From a bacterium (GTDB taxonomy: Bacteria > Patescibacteriota > Minisyncoccia > Phycocordibacterales > UBA5272), in NCBI GenBank assembly GCA_023267555.1, contig JAHFMZ010000001.1, positions 1-62,436 of the forward strand: 62,436 nucleotides of DNA. Direction: 5' to 3'. Both the position numbers and the translations under genes were made by a program. Of this stretch, positions 51,029-60,687 are shown piece by piece. The notes below the pieces were generated by a model. That model searched no databases. It was not told where the DNA came from and worked only from the letters and a program-made list of their open reading frames with translations. Position 1 is the first letter of the stretch; every line of letters starts with the position of its first letter.

Positions 51029-53575
51029 ATGTCTTTGATTTCCAAAGGGCTAAACGCTCTTTTCCCAGATGAATCTATACAGACTATTAAAAAACTTACC
51101 CCAATTGTGGATGAGGTTTTTTCGTATGAAGAAGAGTTAAAAGGACTTTCGGATACCGAATTAAAGCATCGCAGTTTGGCCCTCAAAGAGCGCGTACAAA
51201 AAGATATAGAAGGTTTGGTTGGGGAAGAACTCAAAAATACAGAAAAGAAAGTTTTGGAAGCGGTTCTTCCAACAGCTTTTGCTCTTGTACGTGAAGCTGC
51301 TCGTCGCACACTTAAAATGATGCATTATCGTGTGCAAGTTGTTGGAGGAATACTTCTTCATCGTGGACATATTGCCGAAATGCGTACTGGAGAAGGAAAG
51401 ACTCTTGTGGCAACTCTTCCTGCATATTTAAATGCGCTTACAGGACGTGGGGTGCATATTGTCACAGTGAATGATTACCTTTCACGTCGTGACTCGGTTT
51501 GGATGGGGCAAGTATATGATGCGCTCGGTCTTTCGGTGGCAGTTATTAATCATCAGTCATCATTTTTATATGACAGTACTCATTTGAGTGAAGAAGAGGA
51601 AGAAAAAGATGATACGAAACGAGATGAAGTTGGGTCATACAAAGTAGTTTATGATTTTCTCAAACCTTGTGGACGTCAAGAAGCTTATCTTGCGGATATT
51701 ACTTATGGAACAAATAATGAATTTGGTTTTGATTATCTTCGCGATAATATCGGTTATAGCAAAGAAGCTATCACTCAACACACACATCATTATGCTATTG
51801 TGGACGAAATAGATTCTATTTTGATTGATGAAGCACGTACGCCACTTATTATTTCTGCTCCTGCGCAAGAATCGAGCGATATGTATATGAAGTTTGCCAA
51901 GCTCGCGGAAACTATGATTGAAGGTGATGATTATACTGTTGATGAAAAACAACGCGCTATTGCTCTTACCGAAGAAGGAATAAATAAAGCCGAAGCTTAT
52001 TTAAATCTTTCGAATATTTATTCGGTTGAAGGAATGAAATATGTTCATCATCTTGAAACGGCTGTCAAAGCTAAAGCACTTTTTATAAAAGAAAGAGAAT
52101 ATGTAGTGCGTGATGGCGAAGTGATTATCGTAGACGAATTTACAGGTCGTATGCAACCTGGACGTCGTTGGTCAGACGGCCTACATCAAGCGGTAGAGGC
52201 CAAAGAAGGGGTCAAGATTGAACAAGAATCGCGTACACTGGCGTCTATTACTTTCCAGAATTATTTCCGTTTTTACGAAAAATTAGCGGGAATGACTGGA
52301 ACAGCCGAAACTTCCAAAGAAGAATTTTACAAGGTGTATGGTCTTGTGGTGACTCCAATTCCGACTCACAATCCGACTCATCGTGTAGATCACAATGATT
52401 TAATTTTTCAAACTGAAAAAGGAAAGTGGCAAGCACTTACTCGTAAAATAAAAGAATTAAATGAAAAAGGTCAACCTGTTCTCATCGGTACAATTTCTAT
52501 TGAAAAAAATGAAGCTATTTCAAAATATTTAGAACACGCAGGAGTTCCGCACTCTGTTCTTAATGCCAAGAATCACGAAAAAGAAGGAGAGATAGTTGCG
52601 GCTGCAGGAAAGAAAGGAGCGGTGACTATTGCAACAAATATGGCAGGTCGTGGAGTGGATATTAAACTTGGTGGTCCACAAGCCACAGAAGCTGAACGCG
52701 AAACAGTACTTTCTTTGGGTGGACTTTTTGTGATTGGTACTGAAAGACACGAAGCTCGTCGAATAGATAATCAGCTTCGTGGTCGTTCTGGACGTCAGGG
52801 AGATGTGGGAGAAACTCAATTCTTTGTTTCTCTTGAAGATGATTTGATGCGCGTGTTTGGTTCAACTAATATTAAAAGTATGATGGGTCGTTTTGGTATT
52901 CCAGAGGATGAACCAATAGCAAGTGGACTTGTATCTCGCGCCCTTGAATCGGCTCAAGAAAAAATAGAAGGTTTTCATTTTGATACTCGTAAGCATACTT
53001 TGCAATACGATGATGTGCTTAATCATCAACGTACAAGTATTTATGAAAAGCGTCGCAAGATTTTGTTTAATGATGAAGCTTTTGTGGATGAAGTGATAGC
53101 AGAATTGATTGCTCAAAAACCTGAACTTGCAGAAACTATTAAACAAAAAGAGACACAATATACAAAAGAAGCTGTTTATCATATTTTGCGTGTGATGATG
53201 TTGCAAATTATTGATACTCTTTGGATGGAACATTTGGATGCGATGGAACATTTGCGAAATAGTGTGAATTTGCGTGCGTATGGCCAACGTGACCCACTTG
53301 TGGAATATAAAAAAGAAGGACTTCACGCTTTTCGTTCACTCGAAGCTGCTCTTCGTAATGAACTCATTATGTTTATTGAAAATTTGGATGGATTTTTTGC
53401 AGCACAGCAGGCTCGTGAACAACAATTTGTACCAGTGATTCCAAATGAAGGAAAAGAAGCACAGTTAATTGATGGTCAAAAAGAAAAGTTGGGGAGAAAT
53501 GATCCGTGTCCTTGCGGTTCTGGCAAGAAAGTAAAGAAATGTGACTGTGTCGAATACGAATATTTGAGAAAGTAA
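51029..53575 (+). CDS. secA: Preprotein translocase ATPase SecA
   Basis: MRTGEGKT, IVDEIDSILIDEARTPLIIS, QLRGRSGRQG, SEC-C motif GRNDPCPCGSGKK. Confidence 0.97.
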   Translation: MSLISKGLNALFPDESIQTIKKLTPIVDEVFSYEEELKGLSDTELKHRSLALKERVQKDIEGLVGEELKNTEKKVLEAVLPTAFALVREAARRTLKMMHYRVQVVGGILLHRGHIAEMRTGEGKTLVATLPAYLNALTGRGVHIVTVNDYLSRRDSVWMGQVYDALGLSVAVINHQSSFLYDSTHLSEEEEEKDDTKRDEVGSYKVVYDFLKPCGRQEAYLADITYGTNNEFGFDYLRDNIGYSKEAITQHTHHYAIVDEIDSILIDEARTPLIISAPAQESSDMYMKFAKLAETMIEGDDYTVDEKQRAIALTEEGINKAEAYLNLSNIYSVEGMKYVHHLETAVKAKALFIKEREYVVRDGEVIIVDEFTGRMQPGRRWSDGLHQAVEAKEGVKIEQESRTLASITFQNYFRFYEKLAGMTGTAETSKEEFYKVYGLVVTPIPTHNPTHRVDHNDLIFQTEKGKWQALTRKIKELNEKGQPVLIGTISIEKNEAISKYLEHAGVPHSVLNAKNHEKEGEIVAAAGKKGAVTIATNMAGRGVDIKLGGPQATEAERETVLSLGGLFVIGTERHEARRIDNQLRGRSGRQGDVGETQFFVSLEDDLMRVFGSTNIKSMMGRFGIPEDEPIASGLVSRALESAQEKIEGFHFDTRKHTLQYDDVLNHQRTSIYEKRRKILFNDEAFVDEVIAELIAQKPELAETIKQKETQYTKEAVYHILRVMMLQIIDTLWMEHLDAMEHLRNSVNLRAYGQRDPLVEYKKEGLHAFRSLEAALRNELIMFIENLDGFFAAQQAREQQFVPVIPNEGKEAQLIDGQKEKLGRNDPCPCGSGKKVKKCDCVEYEYLRK

Positions 53576-53643
53576 ATTTTTATTAATACACAAAGGGTGA
53601 CGCCTAAGGCGTCACCCTTTGTGCTAAACTAATAGCTATCCTT

Positions 53644-54924
53644 ATGAAAGACTTAATCAAACCGATTGTTATTAAATTATTAACTTGGGAAGCCAAACTC
53701 GTTCTAGCTCGTCATAAACCATTTATTATCGGAGTGACAGGAAATCTAGGCAAGACTAGTACCAAGGATGCGATTTATTCGGTGATGAAGGAACATTTTC
53801 ACGTTCGTCGTAGTGAAAAGAGTATGAATAGTGAATTCGGGGTACCACTCACTATTCTGGGGCAGAAGTCTGCGTGGGCGAATCCATATAAGTGGTTAAT
53901 AGTTCTTGTTCGAGGGATTTTTGTAATTTGGCAAAAAAAATATCCAACACATCTTGTACTTGAAATTGGTGCAGATAGACCAGGCGATATTAAATCAATT
54001 AGTGAATGGATAAAACCAGATATTTGTGTGGTGACACAATTTGGTCAAGTGCCGGTGCACGTGGAATTTTTCGAAGATAGAGAGGCTGTTATTTCTGAGA
54101 AAGGTTATTTGGTAGAAGCACTCAAAAATGAGGGTGTGTTTATTTTTAATGCCGATGATCACGATGCGAAAAAGTTATTTGATAAAACAGCTTGTCGTAA
54201 GGTGAGTTTTGGTATACACGAATCAGCCGATATTAAGGCAGATAATGTTCGATTTTATGGCGACCCAATACAAGGAACAGAAGTAGAAGTTACTATGGAT
54301 GGTGCTAGTCATCACGTCGTTCTTCCTGAAGTTGTTGGAAAATCTCCGGTGTATTGTGCGTTACCTGCTCTCGCGGTTGCTCGTGAATTAGCTATTCCAC
54401 TTGAAATTGCGTGTGCATCGCTACGTGATGCGGATAAACCAAAAGGACGAATGCGTTTACTTTCGGGGATGAATGGTTCAATTATTATTGATGATACTTA
54501 TAATGCTTCACCGAAAGCTGTGGAACACGGCCTAGAGACTTTAAGTAAAATGGAAAGTAAAGGCAGAAAAATTGCAGTGCTGGGAGATATGTTGGAAATT
54601 GGAGATCATACTCACGATGAACATCACAAGATTGGGCAAATTGCCGCGAAGTCTGCACACAAACTTTATACAGTTGGTATTCGTTCTCGAGTGACAGCCG
54701 ACGGTGCGCTTGATGGTGGAATGTTGGATGAAAATATTATGGAGTGTGATACATCTATTGATGCGGGAAAAGAACTGGTACAAGTTTTACAAGAAGGGGA
54801 TATTGTTTATGTGAAAGGTTCACAAAGTATGCGTATGGAACGTGCGGTGAAGATGATATTAGCGGAGACACACGACTCGCGAAAAGTTTTAGTTCGCCAA
54901 GAAAAGGAGTGGAAGAAGAGATAA
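53644..54924 (+). CDS. murF: UDP-N-acetylmuramoyl-tripeptide--D-Ala-D-Ala ligase
   Basis: GVTGNLGKTSTK, DDTYNASP, LGDMLEIG, VKGS. Confidence 0.92.
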   Translation: MKDLIKPIVIKLLTWEAKLVLARHKPFIIGVTGNLGKTSTKDAIYSVMKEHFHVRRSEKSMNSEFGVPLTILGQKSAWANPYKWLIVLVRGIFVIWQKKYPTHLVLEIGADRPGDIKSISEWIKPDICVVTQFGQVPVHVEFFEDREAVISEKGYLVEALKNEGVFIFNADDHDAKKLFDKTACRKVSFGIHESADIKADNVRFYGDPIQGTEVEVTMDGASHHVVLPEVVGKSPVYCALPALAVARELAIPLEIACASLRDADKPKGRMRLLSGMNGSIIIDDTYNASPKAVEHGLETLSKMESKGRKIAVLGDMLEIGDHTHDEHHKIGQIAAKSAHKLYTVGIRSRVTADGALDGGMLDENIMECDTSIDAGKELVQVLQEGDIVYVKGSQSMRMERAVKMILAETHDSRKVLVRQEKEWKKR

Positions 54925-54926
54925 AT

Positions 54927-55106
54927 CTATCTCTTTGATTTAGACTTTTTTAGTTTTCCAGTGTTTCTGTTATCTGCCTTTCGACATTTGCTACTACAAA
55001 ATTTAATACTATCTTTGTCTTCGCGGGTATCAAAACCTTTTCTAGTGTTTAAATCTAATTTGCAGAAGAGGCATTTTTTGTTTGAATTTGTTGTTGATGT
55101 AGTCAT
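54927..55106 (-). CDS. 59-aa zinc-finger protein (DUF2256/YacG-like; not in ORF track)
   Basis: KKCLFC...KFCSSKCRK; directly downstream of tRNA-Glu. Confidence 0.65.
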   Translation of the reverse strand: MTTSTTNSNKKCLFCKLDLNTRKGFDTREDKDSIKFCSSKCRKADNRNTGKLKKSKSKR

Positions 55107-55125
55107 TTTTATATAATTTAGTGTA

Positions 55126-55200
55126 TGGTGACCCTACGCGGAGTCGAACCGCGCTTTTATCCTTGAGAAGGATACGTCCTAACCGATAGACGATAAGGCC
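55126..55200 (-). tRNA. tRNA-Glu(CUC)
   Basis: TATCC-TTCTCAA-GGATA; encoded CCA. Confidence 0.95.
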
Positions 55201-55484
55201 AAGCCTTAAAAACCGTTATTTATTGGGTTTTACCTATTTTAACACTTTTTTGTCCTTTTGTAAATAACCTTTGTAAAATAAGGGTTATTTGGTAGTATAT
55301 ATTGACAAATAGGCTATTTTTGTGGTGAAATGCTTGACAAAAGGGTTCGTTTTTGCTACAATGTTATCACACAGTAAAAAGGGTAAAAGTCAAGTATCTG
55401 AGTTCGTATCAATGAGTTCAGATATTTATTTTTTACCCAAGACAGAAAGACACAGATCGTTTTGTAGAGCGTAACTACTAAACT

Positions 55485-56021
55485 ATGATAAAAAACATTT
55501 ATAAGGCTAGTCGGATTCTTGCGTTTGTTCCATTTATGGCCATCCCAAGTTTCTCACTTGTCTCACATATTGGTTCACTCAATGCGACTCCTGTAACAAA
55601 GGTAGAAGTATCGGTGGACGAACTCCGTCAGCAAAAGGCAGATGCAATCGACGTGTATTTTCACGAACGTTCTATGCCACTTGAAGGTACAGGTATGACA
55701 TTCGTACTTGTCGCCGAAAAATATGGTCTCGATTGGACACTTCTTCCAGCTATTGCTGTTCGTGAATCTTCGGGAGGAAAGCAAGCTTGTGGGAATAATC
55801 CATTCGGTTGGGGTTCTTGTAAGCTACATAACTTCTCAAGTTATGAACACGCTATTGAAGCACTCGGTAAAAATCTAGGTGGAGCTAATCCAAGTACTGC
55901 TAGTTATTATGCTGGTAAGTCTACGATGCAAAAACTTTATAACTATAACGGTACTGTTGTTCCAACATACCCGTCCGAAGTTGCTCAAATTATGAAAAGA
56001 ATCGAGACCGACACTAATTAA
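55485..56021 (+). CDS. Secreted lysozyme-fold (glucosaminidase/SLT-like) protein
   Basis: LLPAIAVRESSGGK, NNPFGWG, YN motifs. Confidence 0.75.
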   Translation: MIKNIYKASRILAFVPFMAIPSFSLVSHIGSLNATPVTKVEVSVDELRQQKADAIDVYFHERSMPLEGTGMTFVLVAEKYGLDWTLLPAIAVRESSGGKQACGNNPFGWGSCKLHNFSSYEHAIEALGKNLGGANPSTASYYAGKSTMQKLYNYNGTVVPTYPSEVAQIMKRIETDTN

Positions 56022-56155
56022 GTTTTCTTAATTAAAAGTCGATCTCGTACTCAATACCAGAGTAAAACAAAACCCGTACACGAAAGTGTGCGGGTTTTGT
56101 TTTACTCAATTGTGTTACACTCGATATTGTAAGTTCATAATAAGGAGGCATAATT

Positions 56156-56335
56156 ATGTATGCTCCAGTGTTTGATCCGTGGTTTTGGTTTTCATATTGG
56201 TTGTCGGTGTGTGATGTTCGTACATACACACAACCGTGTGAAGCTATCGTTGAAGGCAAACGTATCAATGAAGCGAAAACGGTTGCGAATGATACCAAGT
56301 TTTCTTCAACCTTACAACTTGTGAAAAATATATGA
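56156..56335 (+). CDS. 59-aa orphan protein, SD-led (not in ORF track)
   Basis: TAAGGAGG then ATG; MYAPVFDPWFWFSYWLSVC...; GC-rich hairpin terminator at ~56355-56385. Confidence 0.55.
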   Translation: MYAPVFDPWFWFSYWLSVCDVRTYTQPCEAIVEGKRINEAKTVANDTKFSSTLQLVKNI

Positions 56336-56406
56336 AAGACACAGATGAATGGCACAGGCCGGCGCGAAGGCGCCGGTCTGTTTTGTTATAATAAACAAGA
56401 GTTATT

Positions 56407-56871
56407 TTATGGATTTACGACCAGTGTTCCTACCATACCTTTATCTCTATGACTGTCTACTGAACAATAATATTGGAAGGATCCAGATTTATTAGCAGTA
56501 AATTGTATTACGCTTTGTTCACCTGCTTGTATATTCGGTGTGCTTATTCCGTAACCATCTATTGTTAAGTTGTGGAAACCATTTGCATTTTTGAAGGTTA
56601 TTTTAACCATATCTCCTTTATTAACTGTTAAAGTATTTGGAGAGAAAGAGAACGGAGTGCCTGTGACTGTGAATTCTCTTAGTACACCTTGTGAGGGTTG
56701 ATTATCAGTATTTCCATTTGTTGTAGATAATGGTTGATAATTTTTATCATTGTCTGTTCCATAGCTAGTCGTATTGGTTGGCTCTGTTGTAGGTGTGCTT
56801 GTGTAATAGAAGTATATTCCTCCAATAATTATAATTACAGCTATGATAATTACCCAGATTTTCTTGTTCAT
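56407..56871 (-). CDS. Membrane-anchored cupredoxin-domain protein
   Basis: FSPNTLTVNKGD, HNL, YYCSVDSHRDKGMVG (His/Cys/His/Met ligands). Confidence 0.9.
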   Translation of the reverse strand: MNKKIWVIIIAVIIIIGGIYFYYTSTPTTEPTNTTSYGTDNDKNYQPLSTTNGNTDNQPSQGVLREFTVTGTPFSFSPNTLTVNKGDMVKITFKNANGFHNLTIDGYGISTPNIQAGEQSVIQFTANKSGSFQYYCSVDSHRDKGMVGTLVVNP

Positions 56872-56975
56872 ATATTTATTGTTTTATAGATTTATAATGT
56901 TTTAAAATCTCCTTAAAAAGCATTTTTTATGCTGTGTATATGTAGACGTACGTAAATAGATATTATTACAAATTT

Positions 56976-57127
56976 TGGCGGAGGGAGCGAGATTCGGTCA
57001 CAAAATCAGCTCCTTCGTCGCAGATGATTTTCCGACCCGTATTCGAATCTCGCCAGAAAGTGAAGCAGTTCACTTTCTTTCCCTACGCTAAAAAATCGGC
57101 ATTGGAAATGCCTGATTTTTATATCAG
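56976..57127 (-). mobile_element. Family B tRNA-3'-end element on tRNA-Ser(ACU)
   Basis: Same TACGGGTCGGAAAATCATCTGCGACGAAGGAGCTGATTTTGTGACC core; repeat GAATCTCGCTCCCTCCGCCA. Confidence 0.8.
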
Positions 57128-57214
57128 CGGAGGGAGCGAGATTCGAACTCGCGGTTCCAATAAAGGAACGACGGTTTAGTAAACCGTTGATTTAAACCAC
57201 TCATCCATCCCTCC
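57128..57214 (-). tRNA. tRNA-Ser with ACU anticodon
   Basis: GGAGGGA/TCCCTCC; G73; long variable arm; ACGGT-TTACTAA-ACCGT. Confidence 0.88.
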
Positions 57215-57337
57215 GTATTATCAAAAGATTCTAACATTTTTTATCAATTGGTCATAACTTTTTTAATTAGAAAATAAATAACAAAATGTGTTAGAATGTG
57301 ATGCATTCGGAGACTTGGATATAGTAAGTAAAAATAT

Positions 57338-57425
57338 GGAGACGTGGCTGAGCTGGTCGAAGGCACCTCACTGCTAACGAGGCAAGGGTTTACGCCCTTC
57401 GCGAGTTCGAATCTCGCCGTCTCCG
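57338..57425 (+). tRNA. tRNA-Ser(GCU)
   Basis: CTGCTAA loop; long variable arm; G73. Confidence 0.94.
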
Positions 57426-57562
57426 CAAAATAATGAGCTTGCGAATATATTTTGCGAGACGGAGAAAGCCAACTGCTTGGCTTTCGTAGAGATTCGAATA
57501 CGGGTCGGAAAATCATCTGCGACGAAGGAGCTGATTTTGTGACCGAATCTCGCCGTCTCCGC
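57426..57562 (+). mobile_element. Family B tRNA-3'-end element on tRNA-Ser(GCU)
   Basis: Near-identical to 33162-33298; repeat GAATCTCGCCGTCTCCGC. Confidence 0.8.
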
Positions 57563-57625
57563 TTGAATAGAAAAAGAAAAAAATTTGGTAAATTTTAGCT
57601 CGATAAATATGCTATAATCCTTCAA

Positions 57626-58411
57626 ATGATTGAAGTAAAAAACTTAACTAAAAAATTTGATGACTTTGTGGCCGTTGATAATATTTCTTTTAAAGTAGAA
57701 AAAGGAGAGATTTTTGCATTTCTAGGTCCAAATGGGGCTGGTAAATCTACTACGATAAAAATGTTAACGACATTACTTCATCCAACTGAAGGAATATTAA
57801 GAGTGGATGGTCACAATCCAGTTACAGAATCAGATGAAGTTAGACGTTCATTTGGAATTGTTTTTCAAGATCCTAGTTTGGATGATGAGTTGACTGCTGT
57901 CGAAAATATGGAATTTCACGGAGTACTTTATGATGTGCCAGATAAATTACGAAAAGAAAGAATAGAACAACTTTTAAAATTTGTTGATTTATATGATAGA
58001 AAAGATAGCTTGGTTAAAGAATATTCTGGCGGGATGAAAAGACGTCTCGAAATAGCGAGAGGTTTGTTACATCATCCAAAAATAATATTTCTTGATGAGC
58101 CGACACTCGGACTTGATCCTCAAACCCGTAATCATATGTGGTCTTACATTCGTGACCTTAATAAAAATGAAAATACTACAATATTTTTTAGTACGCATTA
58201 TATGGAAGAGGCGGAACGTGTAGCCAATCGTGTAGCTATTATTGATAACGGAAAGATTGTTGCCATCGGAACTCCGGAAGAATTAAAAGAAAATACTAAG
58301 ACAAGTTCATTAGAAGATGCTTTTCTTGCTCTCACTGGAAATAAGATTAGAGAAGAAACAGGTGGTGTGGCCGAACAAATGAGAGTTATGAGACGAGCTT
58401 GGAAAAGATAA
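57626..58411 (+). CDS. ABC-2 exporter ATP-binding subunit (DrrA-like)
   Basis: GPNGAGKS, YSGGM, FLDEPT, THY. Confidence 0.93.
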   Translation: MIEVKNLTKKFDDFVAVDNISFKVEKGEIFAFLGPNGAGKSTTIKMLTTLLHPTEGILRVDGHNPVTESDEVRRSFGIVFQDPSLDDELTAVENMEFHGVLYDVPDKLRKERIEQLLKFVDLYDRKDSLVKEYSGGMKRRLEIARGLLHHPKIIFLDEPTLGLDPQTRNHMWSYIRDLNKNENTTIFFSTHYMEEAERVANRVAIIDNGKIVAIGTPEELKENTKTSSLEDAFLALTGNKIREETGGVAEQMRVMRRAWKR

Positions 58412-58414
58412 TAT

Positions 58415-59161
58415 ATGAAAAAAATTTACATACTTTGGTTAAGACAAATAAAAAGATATTTAAGAGCAAGATCTCGTATTATTGGATCACTTGCTCAACC
58501 TTTATTATTTTTATTGGCTCTCGGTTATGGTTTTGGATCTGTATATCAAGAAGCCGGTAAAGGTGATTATTTTAATTTTTTAGCACCAGGGGTTATTTCT
58601 ATGGGTATTTTATTTACCGCTATTTTTACAGGTATAGAAATTATTTGGGATAGACAGTTTGGTTTCTTGAAAGAAATTTTGGTTTCTCCAACTTCGAGAT
58701 TTAATATTATGATTGGAAGAACTTTGGGTGGTGCGACGATTGCAACATTGCAAGGTGTGCTTGTTATGTTGGTGGCTTTTATTTTTGGATTTCATTTAAC
58801 AAATTGGTGGAATATTATCCCAGGTATTTTAATGATGTTTTTAATTGCGACATTATTTACAGCACTTGGGACTATGGTCGGTTCTATGCTCGAAGATATG
58901 CAAGGTTTTCAACTTATAATGAATTTTCTTATTATGCCGATATTCTTTTTGTCTGGATCTTTATTCCCATTAGAAGGATTACCAAAAACTTTGTCTATTG
59001 TTACTCGTCTTGATCCACTTTCTTACGGAGTTGATGGTTTGAGAGATGTATTTTTAGGAACAGGTCATTATAATTTAAGTACAAATATTCTTATTCTTGT
59101 TGGTATAACTATGCTTTTCTTGTGGCTCGGTAGCTATTTCTTTAAAAAGATAGAGATTTAA
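58415..59161 (+). CDS. ABC-2 exporter permease
   Basis: DRQFGFLKE, FLSG..FP, PLSY.VD. Confidence 0.92.
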   Translation: MKKIYILWLRQIKRYLRARSRIIGSLAQPLLFLLALGYGFGSVYQEAGKGDYFNFLAPGVISMGILFTAIFTGIEIIWDRQFGFLKEILVSPTSRFNIMIGRTLGGATIATLQGVLVMLVAFIFGFHLTNWWNIIPGILMMFLIATLFTALGTMVGSMLEDMQGFQLIMNFLIMPIFFLSGSLFPLEGLPKTLSIVTRLDPLSYGVDGLRDVFLGTGHYNLSTNILILVGITMLFLWLGSYFFKKIEI

Positions 59162-59258
59162 GGGTTATTTTTGAAATAAAATATATCGCGATTTCGTATT
59201 AATGTGTGTAACCTTAATAGGTTTTATTTTATGATATAATCTATTTTGTATACTATTT

Positions 59259-59897
59259 ATGAAAAAATTTGTTGTTTCAATCTGTTTTATTTTCGGTTTT
59301 ATAGTAAATGCTTTTTACCAGCGTAATATTAATGCGGATGCTGTTTCTGTTGGACAAGGACTTACGTCATTAACATCAACAGAAGGAATGTTTGAAAACG
59401 CTCGTGAGACAGCTTCTGATGAAACTGATGCCGAAAATGCTGCAGAGAAGATTGTAAGGAATAATCCAACATCAGTTGTTAAAGAAATTTCTATAATAAA
59501 TACCAAAACTCCTACCTCTACGCCAACTCCTGTGCCAAAACCTATCACCACTACAATTCCTACTCCAACGCCGACGCCAACTCCCACTCCTACCCCAGTT
59601 GTTCCTCAAGGGAAATTTCGTAATGGTACATATACAGGAAGTGCAGCAGATGCTTCTTATGGAATTGTTCAAGTACAAGCGATAATCACTAATGGAAAAC
59701 TTTCTGATGTGAAGTTTTTGAGTTATCCAAATGATAGACAGCATTCTATACAGGTAAGTAATTATTCTATGCCGATTTTGAAGCAAGAAGCTATCACTGC
59801 TCAAAGTGAAAAGGTTGATACGGTTTCGGGAGCTTCATATACGAGTGCTGCTTTCGTAGAATCTCTTGGAGTAGCACTTTCTCAGGCCAAAGTTTAG
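59259..59897 (+). CDS. Exported FMN-binding domain protein with Pro/Thr linker
   Basis: NGTYTG; flavinylation motif DTVSGASYTS. Confidence 0.9.
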   Translation: MKKFVVSICFIFGFIVNAFYQRNINADAVSVGQGLTSLTSTEGMFENARETASDETDAENAAEKIVRNNPTSVVKEISIINTKTPTSTPTPVPKPITTTIPTPTPTPTPTPTPVVPQGKFRNGTYTGSAADASYGIVQVQAIITNGKLSDVKFLSYPNDRQHSIQVSNYSMPILKQEAITAQSEKVDTVSGASYTSAAFVESLGVALSQAKV

Positions 59898-59900
59898 TTT

Positions 59901-60647
59901 ATGAAGGAAACTAGAATTATTATGGGTATGCCTGTTGTACTTGAAGTCCTCGATGAAACTATAAATCAAGAAATTTTAAATGAAATATTTGATTACTTCG
60001 TTTATATCGATGAGAAATTTAGTACTTATAAAAGTACGAGTGAAATAAGTGCGATTAATCGGGGAGAAATTGATGCTAGTCATTATAGTGAAGATATGAA
60101 AAAAGTTTTTGATTTGTCCGAAGAAACAAAAAAAATTACAAAAGGTTATTTTGATATTCATAAAAAAGATGGAAGTTATGATACCTCTGGTATGGTCAAG
60201 GGTTGGGCTATTTTTAATGCGGCCAAAATGTTGAAGGATAAAGGTATGGAAAATTTTTGTGTAGAAATCGCAGGAGATATACAAGTATCAGGATTAAATA
60301 AACAAGGAGAAGCTTGGAAAGTTGGCATACAAAATCCTTTTAATAAAAAACAAGAATCAGTCAAAACTTTATATATAAAAGACAAAGGAGTGGCTACTTC
60401 GGGTACATATGTGAGGGGTAATCATATATATAATCCTAAAGATAATGGTACAATTATGAAAGATATAGTTAGTATGACAGTTATTGGTCCAAATATTTAT
60501 GAGGCTGATAGATTTGCCACAGCAGCATTTGCAATGGGCAAAGAGGGTATTAAGTTTATAGAAAGTTTGGAAGGTTTTGAAGGTTATATGATAGATGTTA
60601 ATGGTGTTGCCACGATGACTTCCAAATTTGACGAGCTTCTTTGTTGA
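59901..60647 (+). CDS. apbE: FAD:protein FMN transferase (ApbE family)
   Basis: MG, SEIS.IN, VKGWA, ATSGTY.RG.HI.NP, AD.FATA. Confidence 0.9.
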   Translation: MKETRIIMGMPVVLEVLDETINQEILNEIFDYFVYIDEKFSTYKSTSEISAINRGEIDASHYSEDMKKVFDLSEETKKITKGYFDIHKKDGSYDTSGMVKGWAIFNAAKMLKDKGMENFCVEIAGDIQVSGLNKQGEAWKVGIQNPFNKKQESVKTLYIKDKGVATSGTYVRGNHIYNPKDNGTIMKDIVSMTVIGPNIYEADRFATAAFAMGKEGIKFIESLEGFEGYMIDVNGVATMTSKFDELLC

Positions 60648-60687
60648 AACATCATTTTTGTCAGTCATTAATACACTAAATAAAAAT

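Noticed and set aside
56032..56355. 107-aa minus-strand ORF
   Set aside because: The opposite strand has an SD-led ORF with a terminator (56156-56335) that explains the region better
59500..59600. ACxCCx tandem repeats
   Set aside because: Ordinary Pro/Thr linker in the FMN-binding protein
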